From: Novosphingobium sp.
GTDB lineage: Bacteria; Pseudomonadota; Alphaproteobacteria; Sphingomonadales; Sphingomonadaceae
Direction of reading: 5' to 3'
Assembly: GCF_019748365.1 (NCBI RefSeq)
Contig: NZ_JAIEPN010000035.1
Span: 46,911 to 110,910, forward strand
Length of the DNA stretch: 64,000 bases
Shown here: positions 40,350-49,587 of the stretch, piece after piece
How positions within the stretch are numbered: position 1 is the stretch's first letter
How the letters are laid out: each line of letters starts with the position of its first letter
The notes under the pieces: generated by a model
The model's database searches: none
Told to the model about the DNA's origin: nothing
Seen by the model: only the letters and a program-made list of their open reading frames with translations
Program-made: the position numbers and the translations under genes

Positions 40350-41965
40350 GCAATTCCTGATTTGCCGGGGGCGAGGATATGGTTGGGGTCGAGCGCGTCC
40401 TTGAGCTTTGCGTTGAACGCGCGGTTCACGGCGCCGAATTGCTGCGCAACAAGGTCCATCGCGTGGACGCCGGTGCGGTAGCTGGCCCAGCCCCGTTCAC
40501 CGAAGCCGGTGACGAGTTCGCGGTAACAATCGTCAGCGCGCTTTTCCTCCGCCGGATCGGACTTGTCGTAGAGCAGCGCGATGATGTGGTGGAGTTCGCG
40601 GCTGCCGATGGCGAAAGCGGCGGTGTAGTCGAACCCGTGCTTGCCCAGGATCTGCTTGGCGAGCTCGACCTGCCCTTGCGTCTCGCTGCCCTTGGCGGGC
40701 GCGACGGGGGCGAACCATGCAAGGCCGCCGCCATTTCCGCGCCAGCGCGCGAGGCCGATCTCGTCCAGATTGAGGCCGCCCTGCATGAGGGTTGCGTGGT
40801 GGTGGAACCACGGGTTGTCGCCCATTTCGGCTTCGGTGAGGACTTCTCCGTCGATGGCGGCGAAGGCGGCGCGGATGATCTTCTCGCTTTCGGCGATCAT
40901 CCCTTCCGTGCCGTAGAGCGCGATATAGGTGTTCCACATGCCGAGGTTGTTGGCTGTGGCTGCCTTGGAGACTGCTTCATCCGTGATCGGGCCTGCGCCG
41001 TCCCACACCTCGCCGCGGCGCTTGAACATGGCGAGCTGATAGGCACCGCCCATCATCAGGACGACATTGGGGACAATGTTGGCAATGCGCAGCGGACGCA
41101 TCGCCTCGACGATCCGGGCGACGTCCTCCATCTTCCTGTGGCGGATGACGAAGGGCTTGTAGACCGGCGGCGCGGGCATCAGCCACATGCCCATCTTGGT
41201 GACCACGCCGAAGTTCGACTGGGTGAACAGGCCATCGAGATAAGGCCCGTAGCCCCACTTGAACGCCTGCCAGGCGGACGGATTGCGCGTCGAGCCCATG
41301 CCGGTGCGCAGGATCTCGCCATCCGCAAGGACGACTTCCATGCCGCACTGGACCATAAAGTGCTCGCCATAGGGCGTATAGCCGACACCGCGATCGAGCG
41401 TATTGCCGACCGGGCCGACCACCGGGCCCACGGTGGGTACGTCGATCCACAGCGGCAGGTTGTTTTCGACCAGATAGTCCTTGAGCTGGCGGTAGGTGAC
41501 GCCGGGCTCGACCAGCGCGGTGCAGAGCTCGGGATCGACCGAGATGATGCGGTTCATGCGCTTGAGGTCGAGGATCATCTGCCCCGGCATCGCGGTGGTC
41601 GTCTGGCCATAGCCCATGTTCTTGCCGGTGGAGACCGGCCAGATCGGCTGGCGGAACTGGTTGGCGATCTTCACGATGGCCTGCACCTGCTCGACGTTCT
41701 CGGGGCAGACCGCGCCGACGGGCACGTGCTTGCCGTAAGGATCGGGCGTGTAGGACTTCTTCCACGGCGCAACCGCTTCAGGATCGGCGAAGACCCATTC
41801 ATCGCCGACGACCTTGCGCATGGCGGCGACGGCGCCCTTGAAGTCGGCCTTCTTCACGCCGGGCGCGAGGACGGCCTTCGCCTTTGCACCGGTGCCGAGG
41901 CCCACAGCGGCGGCCGAAGCGGCGCCTGCGCCGAGAAGCGAGCGTCGGTCGAGACTGACGGTCAT
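40346..41965 (-). CDS. Tat-exported VAO/PCMH-family FAD oxidoreductase (flavocytochrome large subunit)
   Basis: Twin-arginine DRRSLLG; STGKNMGYG, EPGVTY, GNTLDRGVG, QSNFGVVTKMG, DPNHILAPGK. Confidence 0.9.
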   Translation of the reverse strand: MTVSLDRRSLLGAGAASAAAVGLGTGAKAKAVLAPGVKKADFKGAVAAMRKVVGDEWVFADPEAVAPWKKSYTPDPYGKHVPVGAVCPENVEQVQAIVKIANQFRQPIWPVSTGKNMGYGQTTTAMPGQMILDLKRMNRIISVDPELCTALVEPGVTYRQLKDYLVENNLPLWIDVPTVGPVVGPVGNTLDRGVGYTPYGEHFMVQCGMEVVLADGEILRTGMGSTRNPSAWQAFKWGYGPYLDGLFTQSNFGVVTKMGMWLMPAPPVYKPFVIRHRKMEDVARIVEAMRPLRIANIVPNVVLMMGGAYQLAMFKRRGEVWDGAGPITDEAVSKAATANNLGMWNTYIALYGTEGMIAESEKIIRAAFAAIDGEVLTEAEMGDNPWFHHHATLMQGGLNLDEIGLARWRGNGGGLAWFAPVAPAKGSETQGQVELAKQILGKHGFDYTAAFAIGSRELHHIIALLYDKSDPAEEKRADDCYRELVTGFGERGWASYRTGVHAMDLVAQQFGAVNRAFNAKLKDALDPNHILAPGKSGIA

Positions 41966-42279
41966 TGGCCATGCTCCTTGGGATCGGCAGCGCTGTTCTG
42001 GACCCAGACAGCGAGCGCCTTCAGCTCGGCGGGGGTGATTTCGGTCGGACGGAAGGCGGGCATCGCATTGAGGCCATGGCGGACCTGATACTCGACCGCC
42101 TCGGCAGGAAGGGCGCGCCCGCGGATCACCGGGCCGACATTCTTGCCGTGGCAATAGCCGCAGACGGCCGAATAGACCTGTTCCGGGCTGCGCTGCGCCT
42201 GCACTTCGCCCAGCTTCTGCGCCGCCTGCGCGGTTCCGGCGAGCGCGAGGCCCGCGGCTAGAAGAGCGGCCCGCTTCAT
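41962..42279 (-). CDS. c-type cytochrome subunit (PchC-like)
   Basis: Signal peptide, CGYCH, VGPVIRGR, VRHGLNAMPAF; ATGA overlaps on both sides. Confidence 0.9.
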   Translation of the reverse strand: MKRAALLAAGLALAGTAQAAQKLGEVQAQRSPEQVYSAVCGYCHGKNVGPVIRGRALPAEAVEYQVRHGLNAMPAFRPTEITPAELKALAVWVQNSAADPKEHGQ

Positions 42280-43115
42280 TGGAATTTCCCCAGCATCATG
42301 CCTCCATCGATCACGACATGGCTTCCGGTCATGTAATCGGAAGCATCCGACGCCAGCAGCAAGGCCAGCGGTTTGAGTTGGTCCGTCTCCGCCACCGCGC
42401 CGAGCGGCACGATGGCATCCCACGCCTTGCGCGCGACAGGGTCCTTCTTGAGCCATCCGCCGCCGATATTGGTAACGAAGGGCCCGGGCGCGATGGCATT
42501 GATGCGGATGCGGAACTCGGCGAGTTCGAGCCCAAGCGCGCGGACCATGTGTAGCACGCCCGCCTTGGCCGGCATGTAGGGCAGGCCGACGATGGGTTCT
42601 GTGACGAGGCCTGCGTTGGAAGCGGTGCAGATGATCGAGCCGCCGCTGCGGCCATTGGCGCGGCCGGGCTGCTTCATCACGCGCACGGCGTTGCTCACGG
42701 TGTAGAACACGCCCGAGAGATTGACCGAAATCGACTTGTCCCAGCGCTTCGGGTCGTAGGTATCGACCTGGCCATCGGGATTGCGGTGGCCGCCCGGGTT
42801 CCAGAAGCCCGCCCCGGTATCGATGCCGGCATTCGCGAAGGCGATGTCGAGCCCGCCATAGGCCTTGGCGTGGGCGTCGAATGCGGCGGCGACGGCATCG
42901 AAATCGGAGACATCAAGGCGGCCGGCGCGGGCTTCATGCCCCGCCTCGCGCAGACGGGCGGCTTCCCTTTCGGCGCCTTCGCCGTCGATATCGGTAAGCG
43001 TGACGGCAGCCCCGGCTTCCGCCATCGCCTCGGCATAGGCGAGGCCGATGCCCGAGGCCGCGCCGGTGACCAGAGCACTGCGGCCCTTGATGTCAAAGCG
43101 GTCCAGAATTGCCAT
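42276..43115 (-). CDS. SDR oxidoreductase
   Basis: TGAASGIG, ANAG, CTAS, YMPAK, RINAIAPG. Confidence 0.9.
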   Translation of the reverse strand: MAILDRFDIKGRSALVTGAASGIGLAYAEAMAEAGAAVTLTDIDGEGAEREAARLREAGHEARAGRLDVSDFDAVAAAFDAHAKAYGGLDIAFANAGIDTGAGFWNPGGHRNPDGQVDTYDPKRWDKSISVNLSGVFYTVSNAVRVMKQPGRANGRSGGSIICTASNAGLVTEPIVGLPYMPAKAGVLHMVRALGLELAEFRIRINAIAPGPFVTNIGGGWLKKDPVARKAWDAIVPLGAVAETDQLKPLALLLASDASDYMTGSHVVIDGGMMLGKFQ

Positions 43116-43147
43116 TGTCGTTGTTGTCCTCTCCTTCCGCAGCGGCC

Positions 43148-44218
43148 TTATTCAGCGGCTTGCGGTTGTCGTTCTCGATCAATCAGGCGTTGCAGCATGC
43201 GGCGCGCGCGCACGCCGCCGCCGTCGCCGTTCAGGATGACGGGCCGCAGCTCCCAGAAGTCAGCGCCGCGCATCAGGCGGTGGCTGTCGCGGATGAGCGG
43301 CATGTCTTCCTGCTCGAACGCGAATTCGAGCGCGCCGCGCATGCCGGCGCTGAACTCCGCATCGCCCAGCGCGAAATCGCGTGCGGTGGCCCAGAAGTAG
43401 TGGGTGGTGTCCGGCGTTTCCGGCGTGAAGGCGTGGAGCGAGGGCAGCAAAGTGCAATCCTCGCGCGAGGTTCCCGGAGGCCCGGCACGGAAGTCGAAAT
43501 AGAGCACGGCGGGGGCGTGCCAGACGACCCAGCCATAGAAATCCTGCTTCACCCCGACCCGCCCGAGCATCCCGCCGATGCCGTCGGAGAGAGTGTCGTC
43601 GAGGCGGATGTATTCCGAGTGCACCGTTTCGCCGTCCTGCCAGAACTTTCGCTCGCCCTCGGTGAAGGCGGCGGCAACCAGTGCAGGGTGGACGAAGTTG
43701 GCGTGGCTGAGATCGAGGATATTGTCGCTGTAGAGCTCGTAGTGCCCCTCGGCGACGGTCGCGCCGCGCACGGCTTCCCACTTGGGATCAGACAGCCAGC
43801 TGAAATCGGGGATCAGCGCGGGATCGGCCTGTGCGGCATCGCCCATCCATATCCACAGCAAGGCATGGCGTTCGACAAGCGGATAGACGTGCAGCCGGTT
43901 TTCCGGGAGCTGGCCGCCGGGATGCGGGTTGTGGACGCATGCCCCGGTGCCGTCGAAGCGCAGGCCGTGGTAGGGGCACATGAGCGCGCCTTCCACCACC
44001 TTGCCCTTCCCCAGCGGCGCCCAGCGATGCGGGCAGCGCCCGGTGACGGCATTGGCCTTGCCCTCCCCGTCGCGGAACAGCGCGACGGGTTCCTCAAGGA
44101 AAACCCGCTGCTGCGGAGCTTCGCCCAGATCTGAGGCCCAGCCTGCAACATACCACGTGTTGCGCAAGTACGTGCCCTGTGGCTCAGGACCGAGTTTGGG
44201 GACCCCAGCAGCGTTCAT
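43148..44218 (-). CDS. Rieske non-heme iron oxygenase alpha subunit (VanA-like)
   Basis: CPH...CPYH Rieske motif; DNILDLSHANFVH mononuclear Fe motif; FEQED. Confidence 0.9.
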   Translation of the reverse strand: MNAAGVPKLGPEPQGTYLRNTWYVAGWASDLGEAPQQRVFLEEPVALFRDGEGKANAVTGRCPHRWAPLGKGKVVEGALMCPYHGLRFDGTGACVHNPHPGGQLPENRLHVYPLVERHALLWIWMGDAAQADPALIPDFSWLSDPKWEAVRGATVAEGHYELYSDNILDLSHANFVHPALVAAAFTEGERKFWQDGETVHSEYIRLDDTLSDGIGGMLGRVGVKQDFYGWVVWHAPAVLYFDFRAGPPGTSREDCTLLPSLHAFTPETPDTTHYFWATARDFALGDAEFSAGMRGALEFAFEQEDMPLIRDSHRLMRGADFWELRPVILNGDGGGVRARRMLQRLIDRERQPQAAE

Positions 44219-44230
44219 GCCGGCCCCTCC

Positions 44231-44764
44231 TCAGAGATAGAGCTGCTTGTTGATCGGGATGTTGTGCTCCCTGCAATAGGTCTCGTAGTGGTTCATGAAC
44301 CACCAGACATCGAGCGTTTCGACGTGGTTGCCGTGCTCGTCGAAGAACTCGTTGGCGCCCTGCATGTGGAACAGCGCCTTCATCCCGTTTGGATCATCGG
44401 TGACAAGCGTGTGGGCGGTGCCCGGCGTTTCGGTGATGAACTCGCCCGGCTTGCAGACCCAGTCGTACTCCAGATAGCGGAACGAGCCTTCGAGCCCGAT
44501 CGCCCAGACCCGCCCGCGGTGCTTGTGCGTGCCGATGACACCCGGGCCCTTGATCCACAGGATGTTGACGTAGACGTTGTCGCGCACGTCGAACGCCAGG
44601 TGCCGGATCGCGGCGTTGTCGCCGAAGGGCACCCACGGGCTCTCGGCTTCCGAAGCGCCGACGTAAGTGCCTTCGACGCCCTTGGACTTGATCAGGGCGC
44701 CGTAAAGCTCGGGAACGTCGACGATCTTGTAGGCGCCTGAAGGCGGCGCGGTCATTGTGGCCAT
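44231..44764 (-). CDS. 2,4'-dihydroxyacetophenone dioxygenase family cupin (divergent paralog 1)
   Basis: PWVPF, GTHKHRG, RYLEYDWV, ETPGTAHTL. Confidence 0.8.
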   Translation of the reverse strand: MATMTAPPSGAYKIVDVPELYGALIKSKGVEGTYVGASEAESPWVPFGDNAAIRHLAFDVRDNVYVNILWIKGPGVIGTHKHRGRVWAIGLEGSFRYLEYDWVCKPGEFITETPGTAHTLVTDDPNGMKALFHMQGANEFFDEHGNHVETLDVWWFMNHYETYCREHNIPINKQLYL

Positions 44765-44777
44765 TGTGCCTGACCTC

Positions 44778-45314
44778 TCAGAGATAGAGCTTGGGATTGA
44801 TGGGAATGTCGTTTTCCCGGCAATAGGTCTCGTAGTGGTTGATGAACCACCAGACGTCCGAGGTATCGACGTACTTGCCGTTCTCGTCGAAGAACTCGAT
44901 CGGGCCCTGCATCCACCCGAACAGCTTCACGCCTTCGGGGTGCTCGGTGACGAGGGTGTGGCTTTCGCCAGGCACTTCGAGGATCAGCCCGCCAGGCGAT
45001 GCAACCCAGTCGTATTCGAGATAGCGCACGCTGCCTTCGAGGCAGACCATTACGATCGTGCCGCGATGGAGGTGCGTGCCGATCGTGCCGGGGCTCTTGA
45101 CCCACAGGATGTTGGAGAAGATGCCCTGCCGTACATCGAAGGCGAGGTGCTTGATCGCCGCGTTGTCGCCGAAGGGCACCCAGGGGCTGTCGACGTCGGT
45201 CTGGGCGTCGATATAGCGACCGCCCGGGCTCAGCCGCGCGACGAGGTCGCGGTGGGCAAAACCGACATCGACGATTTCCTTCTTGCTCGAAGGCGGTGCA
45301 GTCATCGCGTTCAT
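44778..45314 (-). CDS. 2,4'-dihydroxyacetophenone dioxygenase family cupin (divergent paralog 2)
   Basis: PWVPF, GTHLHRG, RYLEYDWV, EVPGESHTL. Confidence 0.8.
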   Translation of the reverse strand: MNAMTAPPSSKKEIVDVGFAHRDLVARLSPGGRYIDAQTDVDSPWVPFGDNAAIKHLAFDVRQGIFSNILWVKSPGTIGTHLHRGTIVMVCLEGSVRYLEYDWVASPGGLILEVPGESHTLVTEHPEGVKLFGWMQGPIEFFDENGKYVDTSDVWWFINHYETYCRENDIPINPKLYL

Positions 45315-45328
45315 GAGAAGCGCTCCTT

Positions 45329-45862
45329 TCAGCGGATCAGCGTATCGACGTAATCGGCGCCGATGCCGACCCGGTCGTAATGCTCGCGCGCATTCTTGAT
45401 GTAGTCAAACACATCGAAATGCCCGGTGGTGTTGCCATCATCGTCCAGCCACATGAGCGGGCCGGAGACAACGAAGAACACCTTCATCGGGTCTTCGTGT
45501 TCGTAGCAGACGAGCGTGTGGCTCTCGCCCGGCGTTTCGTAGATGAAGTCGCCAGCGGTCGCGGTCCATTCGTGCTCGAGATAGGCCCACTTGCCGCTGA
45601 TCGTGTAGGCCCAGATCGGATGCGGGTGGTAGTGGCGGTTCACCAGGCCCGCCGACTTCGACATGAGCACATCGGCCCACATGTTCTTGGTCGGGCTGAT
45701 CCAGACGGGCTTGGAGCTCACCGTCTCGCTGATCGGCACCCAGTAGCGTTCGTCGCCTTCCGCAATCTTGGACATGTAGACTTCGGGAAGACCGCCCTCC
45801 CGGAACACCTTCTCGACCGGCTTGATGCCTTTCCAGAATTCGGAATGCGCGGTTTCAGGCAC
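45329..45862 (-). CDS. dad: 2,4'-dihydroxyacetophenone dioxygenase (canonical DAD-like)
   Basis: SEFW, DERYWVP, AGLVNRHYHPH, YTISGKWAYLEH, ETPGESHTL, REHYDRVGIGAD; closely matches the Alcaligenes/Burkholderia DAD as recalled; GTG start. Confidence 0.82.
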   Translation of the reverse strand: MPETAHSEFWKGIKPVEKVFREGGLPEVYMSKIAEGDERYWVPISETVSSKPVWISPTKNMWADVLMSKSAGLVNRHYHPHPIWAYTISGKWAYLEHEWTATAGDFIYETPGESHTLVCYEHEDPMKVFFVVSGPLMWLDDDGNTTGHFDVFDYIKNAREHYDRVGIGADYVDTLIR

Positions 45863-45884
45863 GTCTGTCTCTCCTCAGGTGAGT

Positions 45885-45912
45885 GGGGCGGACGCCTCGC
45901 AGCGCCCGCCTC
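45885..45912. terminator. Stem-loop between TBDR and dad
   Basis: GGGGCGGACGC-CTCGCA-GCGCCCGCCTC. Confidence 0.45.
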
Positions 45913-45926
45913 CTCGATTTTGGCCT

Positions 45927-48491
45927 TTAGAACTTCACGCCGAGCCTTGCGTACCATTCGGCCGGACGGCTGTAGGTGCCGTAAATCTGGCCGCCGGCGA
46001 GCTGGGCCTGACCGGTGGTCAGGTAGCGCTCGTTGGTGAGGTTGGTGCCGCCCACAGTCAGCTCCCAGTGGTTGCTGGGATCACGGTAGGTCACGCTCGC
46101 ATTGACAACGGTGGTCTGAGGACGCTGCAGCAGGAATGTCCGCTCGGTGTCGTTCCACAAGCTGCTGGTGAGAGTCACGTCACCCAGGAACACCAGGCTG
46201 CCGTGGTTGCCAAGGTCCGCCTCATAACGCGGGCTGAAGTTCCACTTGAACTTCGGCGTCTTGGGCAGCGCAGCGCCCTTGAACACACCGGCCTGGATCG
46301 GGGTCGGTGCGACGAACGAGTTGTTGCCTTCGCAGAACGCCGGGAAATTGCCGCCCTCGCCGCAGATCACGGTGTACTTCGCATCGGTGTAGCCGACCGA
46401 ACCGGTGAAGGTCAGGCCCTTCGCGGGCGCCGCCACGACTTCGACCTCGAAGCCGCGGATGCGGGCATTACCGGTGTTCTGCACAGTGGGCGAGATGCCC
46501 TTCTGCGAGTTCAGCTGGATGCCGGTATAGTCGGTGGTGAAGGCCGCCGCGTTGATCTGCAGGTGCCGGTCAAGCAGTTCGGACTTCACGCCGATTTCCC
46601 AGGTCGACGCCTCTTCCGGCCCGAAGCCCGGAGCAAACGGCAGCGGGTTCGACAGACGGGTGGTCCAGCCACCGGTCTTGTAGCCCTTCGACCAGCTACC
46701 ATAGACCATCACGTCGTCGGTCGGGTGGTACTGGAGCCCGACCTTGGGTGCAAAGTTGTTGAACTTCTTGTTCTGCGTTCCGGCGATGTAATAGCGCAGC
46801 GGCTGACCGGGATTGGGGAACCCGCCAGCGGCCTGGCACGCGGCCGAGATCGTGGAGATGTTCTCGCAGCCCGGAACGCCGAGGAAGTTGAGGATCTTGT
46901 AGGTCAGGCCGTTGCGATCGGACTGAAAGCCTTCGAAGTCCTTGTCTTCATGCGTATAGCGGCCGCCCAGCGTGATGCCGAACTTCTCGGTGAACTTGTA
47001 GTCGACCTGGCCGTAGAACGCGAAGTTCTTCGTCTTGAGGTCGTTCGGGCCGTCGATCTGGAGCAGGCCTTCCGCGAACGTCACGTAATCGTGCAGATCG
47101 CCCGATTCCGTGAAGTAGTAGGCGCCGAACACGTAATTGAGCTTCTTCTCCAGCGCGCTGCCGGCCACCTGCAGTTCCTGGCTGAACTGCTTCTGGTTCA
47201 TGGTGAAGCTGGTGTGGAGGAAGTTCAGCGGCGAGTTGTCGAGGTCCATACCGGTGTTCCAGTGGAGCTCGCGGTAAGCGGTGATCGACTTCACCGTGGC
47301 ATTGCCGATGTCGTACTCCATCGTCAGCGCGCCGCCGCCGGACTTCAGCTTGGAGTAGTTGTTGCCGTTGGCGTAGCTGGTGTCGATGTTGTTCGTCACG
47401 AACCGGCTGTCATAGGGCAGGCGGTTGTTGGTCGGATCGGCATCGGCATTCACGCCGAAGATCGACGGCAAATCGTTGATTCCGTTAAGACCACCGCGAT
47501 TGCCGAACAGCGCGAAGGAGGGAGGACCACCTCCGCAAGTGGTCGTGTCACCCGGTGCTGCGATCACGCCCGCAATCGCGCAGTTGTAAGTCGCGGCAAA
47601 GACCGGCGCGAAGACCGAGATGACCTTGTTGGCGATCTGCGAGGTATCGACCCGCGAATAGTCGCCCGAAAGCACCGCGCGGAATGCGCCGCCGTTGTTG
47701 AAGCGGATCTTGCCGCGCAAGTTCCAGTTGTTGTCGCCACCTTCGGTGCCAAGCCCGATATTGTTGTAGCTGGCAGCCTTGAACCTGGTGATCGGATCAG
47801 AGGCAAAGTTCTCCGCACCCGGGAATGGCAGGCGGTGGAGGTAGCCGTCACGAGTCTTGACCGAGAAGGCGAGCGAGGACGACAGGCTGTCCGTCAGCGG
47901 CATATCAACCGTGCCGCGCGCCGAGAACAGCTTGTAGCTACCGGTCATCACATCACCGCGGAAGCGGAATTCGTTGCCCGGATCATGGGTGACGATCGAG
48001 ATCGCGCCGCCGATGGTGTTGCGGCCAAAGAGAGTGCCCTGCGGACCCTTGAGAACCTCGACGCGCTCCACGTCAGGCAGTTCCTGGTTCGCGCCGACCG
48101 AGCGGGCGAGGTAGACGCCGTCGAGATAGATGCCGACGCCCGGATCGATGTTGAAGGCAAAGTCGTTGGCGCCGATGCCGCGAATGTAGGCCGAGAGCAC
48201 CGACGACGAGCCCGAGAACGGCGTGCCGGCATCAAGCGTGACGTTGGGCGCGATGTTCGACAGCGAAGCGACGCTGGTCACCGCACGCTCCTGCAGCGCG
48301 CTCGCCGTGAAGGCCGAGATCGAGATCGGCACGTCCTGGACGTTTTCCGAGCGCTTCTGCGCGGTGACGACGATTTCGGCGATGCCGCCTTCGGGCGCGG
48401 CTTCAGCCTGGGCCTGCGGTGCGGATTGTGCCAGCGCCGGCGAGGCCAGTGTGGCCGCAAGCACGGCAAGCGATACCGATGCGAGTCTCAT
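45927..48491 (-). CDS. TonB-dependent receptor (aromatic island)
   Basis: Signal peptide, EIVVTAQKRSENVQDVPISI, RVEVLKGPQGTLFGRNTIGG, C-terminal VKF. Confidence 0.93.
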   Translation of the reverse strand: MRLASVSLAVLAATLASPALAQSAPQAQAEAAPEGGIAEIVVTAQKRSENVQDVPISISAFTASALQERAVTSVASLSNIAPNVTLDAGTPFSGSSSVLSAYIRGIGANDFAFNIDPGVGIYLDGVYLARSVGANQELPDVERVEVLKGPQGTLFGRNTIGGAISIVTHDPGNEFRFRGDVMTGSYKLFSARGTVDMPLTDSLSSSLAFSVKTRDGYLHRLPFPGAENFASDPITRFKAASYNNIGLGTEGGDNNWNLRGKIRFNNGGAFRAVLSGDYSRVDTSQIANKVISVFAPVFAATYNCAIAGVIAAPGDTTTCGGGPPSFALFGNRGGLNGINDLPSIFGVNADADPTNNRLPYDSRFVTNNIDTSYANGNNYSKLKSGGGALTMEYDIGNATVKSITAYRELHWNTGMDLDNSPLNFLHTSFTMNQKQFSQELQVAGSALEKKLNYVFGAYYFTESGDLHDYVTFAEGLLQIDGPNDLKTKNFAFYGQVDYKFTEKFGITLGGRYTHEDKDFEGFQSDRNGLTYKILNFLGVPGCENISTISAACQAAGGFPNPGQPLRYYIAGTQNKKFNNFAPKVGLQYHPTDDVMVYGSWSKGYKTGGWTTRLSNPLPFAPGFGPEEASTWEIGVKSELLDRHLQINAAAFTTDYTGIQLNSQKGISPTVQNTGNARIRGFEVEVVAAPAKGLTFTGSVGYTDAKYTVICGEGGNFPAFCEGNNSFVAPTPIQAGVFKGAALPKTPKFKWNFSPRYEADLGNHGSLVFLGDVTLTSSLWNDTERTFLLQRPQTTVVNASVTYRDPSNHWELTVGGTNLTNERYLTTGQAQLAGGQIYGTYSRPAEWYARLGVKF

Positions 48492-48622
48492 GTTGCTCTC
48501 CCTATCCAAATGTCACTGCCCGCTTCGCCCCCTGGCGGTCGGACATGCGCATTCGAATTCATACTCGGCTTCGGACCGATGGGCTTGGACTGGAGCGCAG
48601 GCACATCAGGACTGAAGCGCAA

Positions 48623-49561
48623 TCAGCCCTGATTCCGTCGCCATTCACGGGGTGAAACGCCAAAACGCTGGCGAAACGCCCGCGCAAAGTAGGCGCTGTC
48701 GTTGAAGCCGAGTTCGAAGGCCACCTCGGTTATGCTCGCCTCCGGTGCTGCACCAAGGCGCTCGGCAGCGCGGGCAAGCCGGCGCTCCAGAATATAGCCG
48801 CTGGGTGTCGTACCCATGCCGGCAAACAGATTCTGTATCGTGCGCACCGATGCGCCGCAGGCAGCCGCGAGGCTGAGCGTGCGCAGCGCCGGATCGGCAA
48901 GCTGCGCCTCGACGATCCCGAGAACGCGGCGGCGCAGCGCACTGTCGGCGGCGGGCGAAGCGGCATCGGGCTTTGCCGCCCCGCGCATCGCGAGCGCAAT
49001 GAGATCGTAGAACACCTGGCTCACCCCATCCTGCCAGTCGGGATCGACAAACCCCTGCTGGCTCTGCCGCCAGAGCGAGAGCAGGAAATCGTGGAAGACG
49101 CGTGCACCCGGCGTCGCACCGCTCATCCGCATGCGCAAGGCATCATCAAGGCCGGGAAACCGCTCGGCCAAGGGCGCGCGGGGAAACTCGACCACCAGCA
49201 ATTCGTGCGCGGCAAGGTCCATGGCATAGGCTTCGTGCGGGGAAGCGATGATGAAATCGCCCGCACCAAGCGTGGTTTCGGTGCCGCTCTGGCGGTGCAC
49301 GCTCGAGCCGCGGCATTGCAAATGAAGGATCAGCCGCTCGTCCGCTGTATAGCGCGGATCGCGGCCGACGAACGAGGCGGTCGAGCGCGGGCGGATCATC
49401 GCCAGATCGCCGACCTGCCAGGTCCACATCTCGCCGGTGAAATCCTCGCTGGCGCTTTTCACATAAGTGCCGCTGTAGACGCTGTCGACCAGCGCGTTCC
49501 AGAACGCGAGACGTTCGGGCGGTGAGATGCCATCGGTGGCGAACTTTTGCACTGCGGTCAT
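48623..49561 (-). CDS. AraC family regulator (FeaR-like ligand domain)
   Basis: Start moved to MTAVQKFATDG; ERLAFW; C-terminal GFNDSAYFARAFRQRFGVSPREW. Confidence 0.88.
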   Translation of the reverse strand: MTAVQKFATDGISPPERLAFWNALVDSVYSGTYVKSASEDFTGEMWTWQVGDLAMIRPRSTASFVGRDPRYTADERLILHLQCRGSSVHRQSGTETTLGAGDFIIASPHEAYAMDLAAHELLVVEFPRAPLAERFPGLDDALRMRMSGATPGARVFHDFLLSLWRQSQQGFVDPDWQDGVSQVFYDLIALAMRGAAKPDAASPAADSALRRRVLGIVEAQLADPALRTLSLAAACGASVRTIQNLFAGMGTTPSGYILERRLARAAERLGAAPEASITEVAFELGFNDSAYFARAFRQRFGVSPREWRRNQG

Positions 49562-49587
49562 GGCGGGCACATCCTTGGCAGTGAGGG

